Below, piece after piece: positions 44,601 to 53,906 of a DNA stretch of 64,000 bases. This stretch comes from Antedon mediterranea. Lineage: Eukaryota; Animalia; Echinodermata. Below the pieces are notes generated by a model that saw only the letters and a list, made by a program, of their open reading frames with translations, ran no database searches and was not told the origin of the DNA. Within the stretch, counting starts at the first letter, position 1; every line of letters begins with the position of its first letter. The translations under genes were made by a program, and so were the position numbers. The DNA is taken from positions 13,750,795 to 13,814,794 of the forward strand of contig NC_092670.1 of the NCBI RefSeq assembly GCF_964355755.1. The letters run 5' to 3'.

Positions 44601-47600
44601 TATAAAAGACATTTTTGAAGCCTTGCCCGAGGGTTATGCAAAAGCACTGATTCCATTCCACACTATTAGTGGATGCGATACTACCTCATATCCAGGGAAG
44701 AGTTAAATTACATTAATACATACATACAGTAATTTAACTCTTCCCTGTTCATATCTAAGTGGTCACTCAAAGGCATCGGCATGGGAAGTATTAAAATTAT
44801 GAACTAATTAAAGACCTGGGAGAAAACCTATCAGTGACCAAGTTATTATGAAATCGGAAAGATTCATTTGCTACGTTTACGGTGTTTGTCAAGTTAAAAG
44901 TACCAATGAAGTTAGGCTTTAAAAAAACAAACAAAACCAGAGGCATTACCTCCAACAAGCGATGCAGTGCACCAACATATAAAAAGAGCACACTTCCAAG
45001 CACTCGTATGGTGGAAAAAAGCTGTATCGCCAATCCAGCATTTGCCATCACCAACAGATTTTGGGTGGGAGCTATCTAATGGTAAACTTCAACCAGTGCT
45101 TCTGAAAAATGAAGCTATTCCTACTGCTTCGTTAGAGATGATTTATTGTGGATGCAAGACACGATGCATAACCAATAGATGTAGGTGCAAGAAGTCAAAA
45201 CTACCATGTACAGCTTTATGCCGCTGTAACAACGCTAAAGATGACGGAAACCTTTGCATGAATTATCTTAAACTGATGCCCTTAACATGTTCATTCCAAA
45301 TGTAGCTTACGTGTTCACATTTTCTTTTATATCTATACAATCATAATCCATCATATTGATGGCAGGTAATTTTCAAATGTAGCTTAGTACGTGTTCAAAT
45401 TCTTTTTTAAATCTATAATCATAATCCATCATATTGATGGCAGGTAGGCCTCTATACAATCATAATCCATCATATTGATGGCAGGTAATTTCCAAATTTC
45501 CAAATGTAGCTGATGTGTTCAAATTCTTTTTTAAATCTATAATCATAATCCATCATATTGATGGCAGGTAATTTTCAAATGTAGCTTACGTGTTCAAATT
45601 CTTTTTTAAATCTATAATCATAATCCATCATATTGATGGCAGGTAATTTCCAAATGTAGCTGACATGTTCACATTTAAAAAAAATCTATAATCATACTCC
45701 ATCATATTGATGGCAGGTAATTTCAAATTTCAAATTTCAACAAATGTAACTTGCGTGTTCAAATTTTTTTTTAAATCTATATAAATCATAACACATAATA
45801 TTTGATGGCAGTGAATTTTATAATTTTACTAATTATTATTGTGTATAAATAATTTCATAGTTATGCAATTATATTATATTTAGTAGGCCTATACAGTAGG
45901 CCTATGCTATAGTTTAAAGGTCAATAACCATACTATCGGCCATTCTTGTACAAAATGTGCCATTAGACTGGATAGAAACACACATGTTTTAAACAATTTA
46001 AAAAGAAAAAAAAATTCATAAGACCACAATTTTCAAAGTTATATTATTATATTTGACTAATAGTTCAAAGGTCAATAGTTGTAGAATCGGCCATTTTTTT
46101 AAAAAACATTTCATTATAATAAATATGAATGTATAGTTTCTGAACAATTTGAGCCCTATTTCGTGTCTCTCCGATTATTGGTTACTGAGATACGATAAAT
46201 CAAGGTCAAAGGTCAAAATGTCAGAAATAAGACTTGCATCCATTTTTTGAGAAAATGTGTCATTAAAGTGAATATAAAAACATATATTTAAAACATTTTG
46301 AGACCAAAATTAATTATCTGTGACTAGTGGTTCTCGAGATATAGGGTAATTATAAAAAATGGCCGCCATTTTTAATTATGCAAATTAAGGGCTTAGATGG
46401 CCGAATTTCGCTTGGGATCCGCCATATTCGTAATCAGCGAGGTCGAAATATCCTAAATCAAGTGGATCCCAGCTTCTACCCAAAAATGCTTCTTGATTCG
46501 TTTTCTAGGCCGTTTTTTGAGAAATGGAACCTGTCTAATTAGGCTATGGGGCATGGCCTTCTATCGTTTCATTTCGTGATCCCCTATCGGGGGGGAGAAT
46601 AAAATTGCTATGACAATTATAACAAAAATATAGATAACCTTAAACTGGCCGGTCCCGCTTGTAAATTTTACGCGTCAACGAAATATGTTTGTTTTTATAT
46701 GTATTTTATTGCGATATAGAAGATTTTTGTAGGTCAGTACAGGTCGCACAATTGACCAATCAAAAAATTTGTCTTTTAACTCATGGAGCTGTGCAACAGT
46801 AACTGTCCAATCAGATTCCCTTACACAGCGGGATACGGCTACTAGACGATCGTAAACAAACATGTGTTGTTCTTCTGGAGCGCGGAGCAGGAAGATGTCA
46901 TCTTCTGATGATCAAAAACGTTGTTATTGACACAATACATCTAATTCTGGGACAATATTAACATTCACAGAAACCAAATGGAAAACTTTTTTAATGTGTA
47001 CAAAAAGTTGGTGCAATCTAAGCGGCAATCAAAAGGAGTTTTGTAGCCGCAGAGGAGCTTACCAATACTTGTTACCAATTCCTGGCGACGCTGGATGTCA
47101 TAAAAAGATGCTATCAATATTTCACTGATTGTAGCAAACAAAGGCGAGCAGTAAAATATGAAATAGAGGATGTTAATTCATCCAACAATGAAGAAGGTAA
47201 ATTCTATTTGTTTTAATGATAGGTCTAGCCTAGGCTAGGCCCCTACTAAGTAGACCTACTAGGCCTTGTAATTAGTTCATATCATACTGCCTTGCTAAAA
47301 AAAGCCTAGCTAGGTAGGTTGGCGGTGGGTAGTCTACAAAGTTTATTTTTTTAATATGTATTAAGCCTACGTAGAGTAGGCTAGGCCTAGTATATAATTT
47401 TTTTTAAATATCTGGGCCAACAAAAAATGAACCCATAATTACAATATGAATTAGGCCTAGCTAGGGTGGCCCCCAGTATTATTGTGTAGTGGACCTAGTT
47501 TGATGGTACCTCCATCTTGGGAAAAAACATTTGCATTTTATTATTCAATGTGGTAATGCATGCAAACCTTGGCAAGTAGCCTCAGGCAAGGACAGAATGG

Positions 47601-50600
47601 ACCAACCTGATACTTTGTGTTGTTATTTGAGACATATTATTTGAATTCTTGTACTGCAATATTAAATAGTGTATAGATGATACTGAACTGATTATATTAT
47701 TATATTTATTACACAAACATTTAGAATCATAAATATTATTAGTATTCTTTTTTTTTACAGAAGAATTTCAAGGATTAGAGTCAACAGAAGAGTTACTAAA
47801 CGAAGGAGAGTTCTGCGATCACATGTAGCAATTACACAAACTGCATAAAAAATGCTGAACGAAGTCGAAGAGTAGCCATCGGCTCACAAACAATTAAAAT
47901 ACCAAAAGCCGAACAGCAAATTCCAGAACAGTTGAAAACATTTTTATCTGCTAATCAAGTTCTTCTTTCAAATATGAAGCATGTGTGAAGCAGATCACCT
48001 CAAGGGAATAAATGTATTCATAACATCATCATTATTATGCCATTCTATTTCAGAATCAAATGGAAAAGTTTTAATCAAGAAGAGGCAGACACCAGAATGT
48101 TTCTGTATGCGAAGTATGCTGCACACCATGGTGGTAAAGATATTGTTACAATCAGCCCTGACACTGATGATGTTTTTATTATTGGATTGGCATTTTGCAA
48201 AAGTCTGCATGGCTCTCACCTATATTTCAATACTGGAAAAGATGCTAATCTCCGAACAATTCATCTGCAGGCTATTCAGGAACATATTGGAAATGATGTT
48301 TCAAATGCATTAATTAGACTACATTGCTTCACAGGATGCGATTCAGTCAAAGCTTTTTTTGGGAACGGTAAAGTGAAGGCAATGAAACTCGTAATGGAAA
48401 ACTCTAATTTATGCATTCTTTTCATTGGGCAATTCTACCAGCAAACTTTCAGATGAATTACTTTGTGATCTAGAAACATTTGTATGTAGGCTGTACAGTA
48501 TTGTCACAAGAACCAATCTGTCAATGAAGTAAGGTATGCAATGTTCTCAATGAGCTGAAAATATGATGCCACCCAATAAAGATACTGTATGTAAACATAT
48601 TCAGCATGCCAATTCTCAAGCTTCAATTCACAAAGCTAGTTTTATTCAACAACAAAATGCTCCATCTCCTGTTGGAAATGGGTGGAAGATGGCCGATAAT
48701 AAACTCGTAATTGACTGGATGGAGAAGCAACCTGCTCTACACAGCATTCTCGAATTGTCATCCTGGTCATGTAAAAAGTCAAAATGCAATGAAGGGGTTG
48801 CAAATGAAAAATGCTGTGTATCCTTAGGATTCTCTTGTACAGAATTATGCTCGTGCAAAAACTGTAACAATCTTCTTCATACATCAGATGTTTGAAATTG
48901 ATGGAGATGATAGCGATGATGAGGAAGAGTTTGAGCAGGAAGAACTTTTTAGTGTAGTTTAAGTGTAATTTATGGTTTACAAATGTTCATTTTACTTGGT
49001 CTACATGATTTTAATGTAATAGGCCTATAATATGTAAATTTATATTAAACTATTTTGTAACTTAACTATTTTGTAACGTAAAGGATGAACCATGAGAAAG
49101 TATAAATAAAGAACCCATGAGGTGATAAGCAATATTAAGACACAGGAGTATTATAAGAAACTTTCTACTTTGATGCTTACAATACATTAATATGCCTATA
49201 AAATGTAAATTTATATTAAACTATTTTGTAACTTAACTATTTTGTAACGTAACGGATGAACCATGAGAAAGTATAAAATAAAGAACCCATGAGATGATAA
49301 GCAATATTAAGAAACAGGAGTATTATAAGAAACTTTGCTGTAATACAGTAATTTCATTTATTTGTTACTAATTGATTATAATTCTATGTTATACATCTAC
49401 AATGAAAACAATAATGCAACATTTGATTTATTACTAATTGATTATAATTCTATGTTATGCATCCAATGAAAACAAAAAGTTGCAATTATATAGGAGAGAT
49501 AATATTAATAAATATTTTGTGACAGCATAGTCATGAATTATAAAGATTGAAAATGCATCTTCTTTTCAGTGTGCTTAAATAAATATTAATTAAGGTTTAC
49601 TAACAGATACATTTCTTACAAGGACTACAATATTAATCTCAAAATTATGATAAAAATATTGCATGTTAAATGTGAAAGAAAGATACAGTATAAGTTATTC
49701 CAATGGAACGATTGTATTTTATCCAGTACTAACACTAACAGAAAATATACAAAATAGAGGGCGCTATTTCTATGTATTTCTTTATGTTGAGAAATTCGAT
49801 TTTTTTACACCTAAAATTACACTTATTGCGTAACTTTTGAAAGCGGGACCGGCTGAATTTGTGTTAATCTAATTATTAACTATAAACTGTGTGAATATCT
49901 TCCTCCCCCCCGTTAGGAGATCACGAAATTCGTTTTCTAGGCCTCTTTTTGGCTCATGCCCCATAGCCTATATATGACAACACGTGGTGTTCGATGTTAG
50001 GATGGAGAGAGAGAGACGATGGTGCTTATTGTACTGATAATGAGGATTCCCATTGTATTGATCGATGATGATGACGTAAATGGTGATAACAGATAAGATA
50101 GGCCTAAGATAATGAAAAGATATTGATTCTGGTGCTGGAAATACTACCATTATTATAATGAATAGTGATGAGGAACATCATTATGAAAGTTGATGAAGAT
50201 GGAGTATTATTATAAAAGGCGATGATGCTGGTAGTTCTGCACGAGGGTGTTGTTGATTGACGCTGATGATGACGACGACGACGACGAAGCCACTGGATGA
50301 CGACGAAGATGATGATCAAGTAATTCCTACTTTCTTATTTTTGGGTGTACTTTTTATGCAGAATTCTTGAAAATTCACTCACCTCGCTACGAAAATAAAT
50401 TAATTCAATTGATTAATATTTGTTTCCAAAACAAGTAATTGTAACCATTTATAGAAACAGAGCATGCTTGCTAAACTCGTTTAAAGTACATGAAATTTGA
50501 TTGCTTTTTACATTTTTTTATGAATTCTGTGTAGATTGTGTGAAATAAATCATTAATTTACCCACAGGAATGACATCAATCTACGCAATTAGGCTACTAC

Positions 50601-53600
50601 TTAAATTACAATTTTAGTTAAATCACAATTTGGTTTGTTAAATCTGTACTGTACTGCATTGAACTCAAAATTATACGTGTTGACATTTAAAAGTCAGTTG
50701 GTTATTTTAACTTAATATGGTTTACGAAAGAAATTACATTATAGATTATTAGTAACATAAATTAGTATTAGATACACAAAATAAAATAGCAAACTTTACT
50801 TGCTTACTAGTCGTTATTCACCATACAAACAATGTTTAGATAATTATTACTTATTGTTTTTTACAACTGTAGGAGGACCGCTTATTGTTACTGTGATATG
50901 GATTTTGGCTCATCAAAAAATCGACTTAAGTGATTTTAATCCAATGCAAAGGTATGAACATGTTCAATCTTTCAGTTGTTGTTGCAAAGACAGGCATTGT
51001 TCAATGATGTGAACGGGTATTTTGTAAAATTGTGGAATATAGTTGTTGCAAAGGTAAAAACAAGTATTAGCTAATAACAAGATCCACTGATTTAGCTTGT
51101 TGTTGCATAGAAATAAAAACAAATGGTTGTGGCAAAAATAGGAATTTTTATTTAGGCCTCATGTTGATGTTGACAAAATAGAAACATGTGTTTGTTGCTG
51201 AAAAGATAGTAGCATGTATTGTATTTTGTGTTTGTTGTGCTGTTGAAAATATAGAAACATGTATTGTTTCTTGTTGTTGTTTTTGTTGTAAGGATAAGCA
51301 CATGTATTGTAGCTTTGTAGTATTGTTGCTGAAAAGATAGGAACATGTATAGTGTTATCGTTGCGAGGATAAGAACATGTATGTTGTTTATTTTTACAAA
51401 GAAAATGTATTGTAACTTTTGTTGTTGCTGTGTTGGTATTGAAAAGATAGGAACATGTATTGTTAGCTTATTGGTGTTGTTGAAAAGATAGGAAAGTGTA
51501 GGCCTATTGTAGCTTGTTGATCTTACTGTTGAAAATATAAGAACATTGTAGCTTGTTGTTGCTTTTTCGATGATAGGAACATGTATTGTAGCAATTATTA
51601 TTGTTGCAAATATACGAAGGTTTTGTAGCTTGTTGATGTTGATTTGATTAAGATATGAACAGGTAATTATGTATTGATTATTTGGTTTTCTATTCATATT
51701 ATAGATGTTGGATGAGCATAACTGAGTTCAAAACTTACTGGATACTTGATGTCCCAATCATGATCACAATCGTAGTAAGCAATTATAATTGTTATCACAA
51801 GGGCGAATATCTATATTATTATAGGAGGTGTGTGCGACGGATGCGCACTCTCTTAATTTAATTTTCCATTTTATCATTGTTAGAATTTTTTTTTGTTAAA
51901 AGATTTTTCCATAAAGAGGTTCAGCTAAAGCTTGGTACTTTCGTGCAGCGCAAATGATTTGAATAATCACTAGTGACAGGCAGTTCGGATGATTTTGATT
52001 AGCCCGTGTTGCGCGTACATCCTTGTTTTTTTATTCCTAATGAGAATTAGGCTGCACGTTAAGGATCCACGTGATTGAACGCTTTGTGATGTAAACAATT
52101 ATAAACATTGTTAAATTAATTTATCTGTATGCATTTCTTGATGTCTAAACAGTATCGACATCTGACTGGTTAACTTTCACAGAGTGAGTGAGTGGCCGAG
52201 CGGTTAAGACAGTGGAACCGTAATTACGTAGCCGGCAGGGGTTCGAGGCTCACTCACTCCATGGTTCTGGTGGTAGAACGAGTGTGCACTTTAAAGAACC
52301 TAGTACATCTTTCGAGACGAGTAGGGGGTTACCCCGGTGTATTAGTACATCACAGCAACTGATCACCAACTGGGCCCTCTGTGAGACCAGTCTTTGACTG
52401 AAGAGGTTACCCAGTATAAATATAAATTTCAATCAATCAATCAACTCGAATGCTGGCTAGGCTAACAATTGAATTTATTTAATGATCTTTCAGTGTCGAC
52501 CGTCTCTCTTCTTTTCAGGTAAATTTGATATTGTTTCTCTTGATTCTTTGTGTTATACGGGACAAATTGAAAACATCAACAACTTCTGAATCAAAAAAGG
52601 CCATGTAAGTATAAACATAATAATATTAATCAATTGTTTTGTTTAAATCAGGATGTTCTCATATATTCAACTATCTACACGTCCACTGCTTTTGAACACT
52701 TTCTTATGTAAACTTTTATTTTCAATGTCTTTTTCACACTTGGCTCAGCTCCAGCTGAGGCACCAAGAACAAAAACTCCTAACAGTCAGAGAAAAATGAC
52801 AAAAGGTTTCTTACTTTCTATGATTTTTATCAGATAATCTATATTGTTTTGACAACTCTTGTAACATGACCACAGTGATGATGTTGCCATTTGTCCTCTA
52901 ACCTTTTCATTCTTTTTATATAATATTATCGTTAACTGTTATTCGTGCTGTTTGTGTTTCTGATTTGTAGAAAACTGGCAAGATCGACGATGGTACTCAT
53001 CCCGTTGTTTGGTCTGTACTACGTGGTATTCCTGGTCATCCGTGACGACATGGGCAGTCATACTCTTGATATGGTCAAGATTTACTTTGAATTGGTGATT
53101 GGATCCGTTCAGGTAATGTGCATTGACATATGTGAACCAAAGACAAAGCGCTTTGAGCAAAGTCATCAGCCAGATCTGGCTCTTGAAACTCTTGATCTTC
53201 GCTGTTTATATGCGATTAGTGAGAATAAATAATAAAATAAATAAATAAACCACTCATGTCAGATTATTTAAAATAAAGTTTCATATTCTTGATTTTGTAA
53301 TTACCTTACTATACGTTAGTGAAAATATGTTTATACTGTACGATAATTAAAATTAACAATATTTTACGTTTATTTTGTTAGGGTTTACTAATAGCTGTAC
53401 TATATTGCTTTATGAACGGAGAGGTGAGACAAGAAATCGGTAGAAAATGGCATCTCCACAAGTTGAATCGAGCACTTTCATCTCATCGAAGTTTAAGAGA
53501 TGCCAACTCAAGAGTGTCCTATTCAAATCAGGGAGGCACAACAAAAAACGAATCCGTGTGTGAATCGGCCACACAGAATAGCTCAAAGAACGGTACACTA

Positions 53601-53906
53601 CGATCAAAGATTTTGAACTTTAGAATAAGTGCTCTTACATCACGTGATTCGCCAGGAAAAGTTGCATTTGAGATTAACGGTAATCTTCGTAACAAGGATT
53701 CGTCCAATGAGAACGAAACACGTATCGTTAACTTAACAGACGATTTTGAGGACAATAATGAAGATGTGCAAATGCTAAAAACCGTAAGCGACACAGAGGA
53801 CGTCGAAAAGACAACTAATTCTGACGAAAATGAGGAAAATGAGGAAGAGGAGGATGAAACATCAAAATTAAAACCGGACGAGGCTAATGGTGAAACTATT
53901 GTATAA
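28923..53906 (+). CDS. Class B1 (secretin-family) GPCR, PTH/secretin/VIP-receptor-like; spliced gene, N-terminal exon(s) not identified
   Basis: Phase-compatible GT-AG exons 28923-28992, 34325-34435, 38780-38904, 39405-39502, 39878-39998, 42328-42484, 50873-50951, 51705-51774, 52519-52604, 52971-53112, 53382-53906. They join into a hormone-receptor ECD (C..YDDG..FW..QPCP; ATRTC...GDW...TNYDDC) plus a 7TM with class B signatures RNYIHINLFLSFIL, ANYHWLLMEG, GWG.P, CW, KLARSTMVLIPLFG, QGLLIAVLYCFMNGEV. Confidence 0.93.
29715..29815. repeat. ~100-bp palindromic MITE-like element
   Basis: TAAACAACCTCTTCTATTAATTTCTGACAATC vs GATTGTCAGAAATTAATAGTAGAGGCTGTTTA (32-bp arms, 2 mismatches). Confidence 0.75.
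33049..33106. repeat. 15-bp tandem repeat (GTACCCCGTACCGGT) x~4
   Basis: Direct inspection. Confidence 0.8.
34325..34435 (+). CDS. GPCR ECD exon (EILCAAYDDGNLFWESGPPGTYSQPCPENLFKDFPDT)
   Basis: tttcatAG / AG|GTTAG; aligns to the CxxxWDGxxCW...CP segment of class B ECDs. Confidence 0.85.
34505..35732 (-). mobile_element. Non-autonomous Helitron/Helentron-like element in a GPCR intron
   Basis: Minus-strand 3' end: hairpin AACTCGTC-CGTAGT-GACGAGTT then CTAG; subterminal IR GGTTATCCGC at 34537 and hairpin GGTTATCCGC-CAAGT-GCGGATAACC at 35704-35728. Confidence 0.75.
37637..37763 (+). mobile_element. DINE-1/HINE-like element family B
   Basis: AGTCGCGTG...CACGCGACT subterminal IR pair, GGTC repeats, 3' stem-loop. 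Confidence 0.8.
38780..38904 (+). CDS. GPCR ECD exon (VRATRTCLDTGDWYPYGENGTENGKTNYDDCIDLYFERQESL)
   Basis: tgtttAG / TG|GTAAGA; RxC...GxW...TNYxxC motif. Confidence 0.9.
39405..39502 (+). CDS. GPCR TM1 exon (VKHFQIIKTLQKIGWSLSLTALILGIIIFVYF)
   Basis: poly-T aaAG / AA|GTAAGT; G(Y/W)SLSL TM1 motif. Confidence 0.92.
39878..39998 (+). CDS. GPCR ICL1/TM2 exon (KLRVARNYIHINLFLSFILHHVSIL...)
   Basis: tttcAG / TG|GTGAGT; RNxIHxNLFxSF motif. Confidence 0.93.
40236..40345. repeat. 14-bp tandem repeat (GTATGCGTAAGCAT)n
   Basis: Direct inspection. Confidence 0.8.
42328..42484 (+). CDS. GPCR TM3/TM4 exon (TALCKTL...ANYHWLLMEGVYLYSLL...YIGVGW)
   Basis: ttacAG / G|GTGAGT; NYxWLLxEG motif. Confidence 0.94.
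43335..43780. repeat. ~60-bp tandem repeat within the Academ arm (mirrored at ~45295-45815)
   Basis: Unit AATTACCTGCCATCAATATGATGGATTATGATTATAGATTTAAAAAAGAATTTGAACAC...; the right arm has one more unit. Confidence 0.9.
43768..44160 (-). pseudogene. Inverted duplicate of the Academ transposase 3' end
   Basis: ORF 43768-44097(-) nearly identical to ORF 44967-45305(+). Confidence 0.9.
44161..45305 (+). pseudogene. Frameshifted Academ transposase C-terminal half (XPG/FEN-like nuclease + Cys-rich CXC-like finger)
   Basis: NKADLARFL, HEESDTRL, DTDVLVIL, FHTISGCDTTS, LPPTSDA..QHIKRAHFQ..W, SPTDFGW, CGCKTRCITNRCRCKKSKLPCTALCRC across several frames. Confidence 0.88.
44693..44747. mobile_element. 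55-bp CA...TG palindromic mini-element / P-like excision scar inside the Academ ORF
   Basis: 19-bp perfect IR CAGGGAAGAGTTAAATTAC, 17-nt filler, 8-bp TSD CTCATATC/TTCATATC interrupting codons of GCDTTSYLSGHSK. Confidence 0.8.
46540..49970 (+). mobile_element. Internally deleted Academ (XPG-type) DNA transposon
   Basis: TAGGCTATGGGGCATG...CATGCCCCATAGCCTA TIR plus subterminal IR ATTTCGTGATC; TAT TSD (42624-26/49971-73); N-terminal relic 46860-47196 and C-terminal relic. Confidence 0.9.
47860..48950 (+). pseudogene. Frameshifted Academ transposase C-terminal part
   Basis: QEEADTRMFLYAKYAA, SPDTD, LHCFTGCDSVKAFFGNGKVKA, PPNKD...HIQHAN.Q, PSPVGNGW, SCKKSKC...CTELCSC. Confidence 0.88.
50873..50951 (+). 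CDS. GPCR TM4/ECL2 exon (GGPLIVTVIWILAHQKIDLSDFNPMQ)
   Basis: tgtAG / AG|GTATG; completes GWGxP...W. Confidence 0.9.
51040..51680. repeat. Degenerate minisatellite (GTTGTTGAAAAGATAGGAACATGTATT-like) filling a GPCR intron
   Basis: Recurrent AAAAGATAGGAACATGTATTG units. Confidence 0.75.
51705..51774 (+). CDS. GPCR ECL2/TM5 exon (RCWMSITEFKTYWILDVPIMITIV)
   Basis: tatAG / TA|GTAAGC; CW...WIxxxP motif. Confidence 0.92.
52182..52444 (+). mobile_element. tRNA-derived SINE, probably with a Nin-type conserved core
   Basis: A box TGGCCGAGCGG, B box GGTTCGAGGCT, core TTAAAGAACC...TTCGAGACGAGTAGGGGG..CCCCGGTGT, (TCAA)n tail. Confidence 0.8.
52519..52604 (+). CDS. GPCR TM5/ICL3 exon (VNLILFLLILCVIRDKLKTSTTSESKKA)
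   Basis: tttcAG / AT|GTAAGT; VN...KL motif. Confidence 0.92.
52971..53112 (+). CDS. GPCR TM6/TM7 exon (KLARSTMVLIPLFGLYYVVF...FELVIGSVQ)
   Basis: tgtAG / AG|GTAATG; LAxSTxVLIPLFG motif. Confidence 0.94.
53382..53906 (+). CDS. GPCR last exon: TM7 end, helix 8 and acidic C-tail ending ETIV*
   Basis: tgttAG acceptor; GLLIAVLYCFMNGEVRQEIGRKW; in frame with ORF 53412-53906. Confidence 0.94.
   Translation, partial: GLLIAVLYCFMNGEVRQEIGRKWHLHKLNRALSSHRSLRDANSRVSYSNQGGTTKNESVCESATQNSSKNGTLRSKILNFRISALTSRDSPGKVAFEINGNLRNKDSSNENETRIVNLTDDFEDNNEDVQMLKTVSDTEDVEKTTNSDENEENEEEEDETSKLKPDEANGETIV

Larger units (their letters stand above)
42628..46537 (+). mobile_element. Academ (XPG-type) DNA transposon derivative with ~1.5-kb inverted arms (foldback)
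   Basis: TAGACAAGTTC...GAACCTGTCTA termini, ATT TSD; arms 42661-44160 and 44909-46494 are near-identical reverse complements; contains transposase remnant. Confidence 0.9.

Noticed and set aside
44967-45305. Cys-rich ORF as a host tesmin/metallothionein-like gene
   Set aside because: It is the C-terminus of a frameshifted Academ transposase within TIRs and TSDs.
52182-52260. tRNA gene
   Set aside because: No proper anticodon arm; it continues into a SINE body and (TCAA)n tail.
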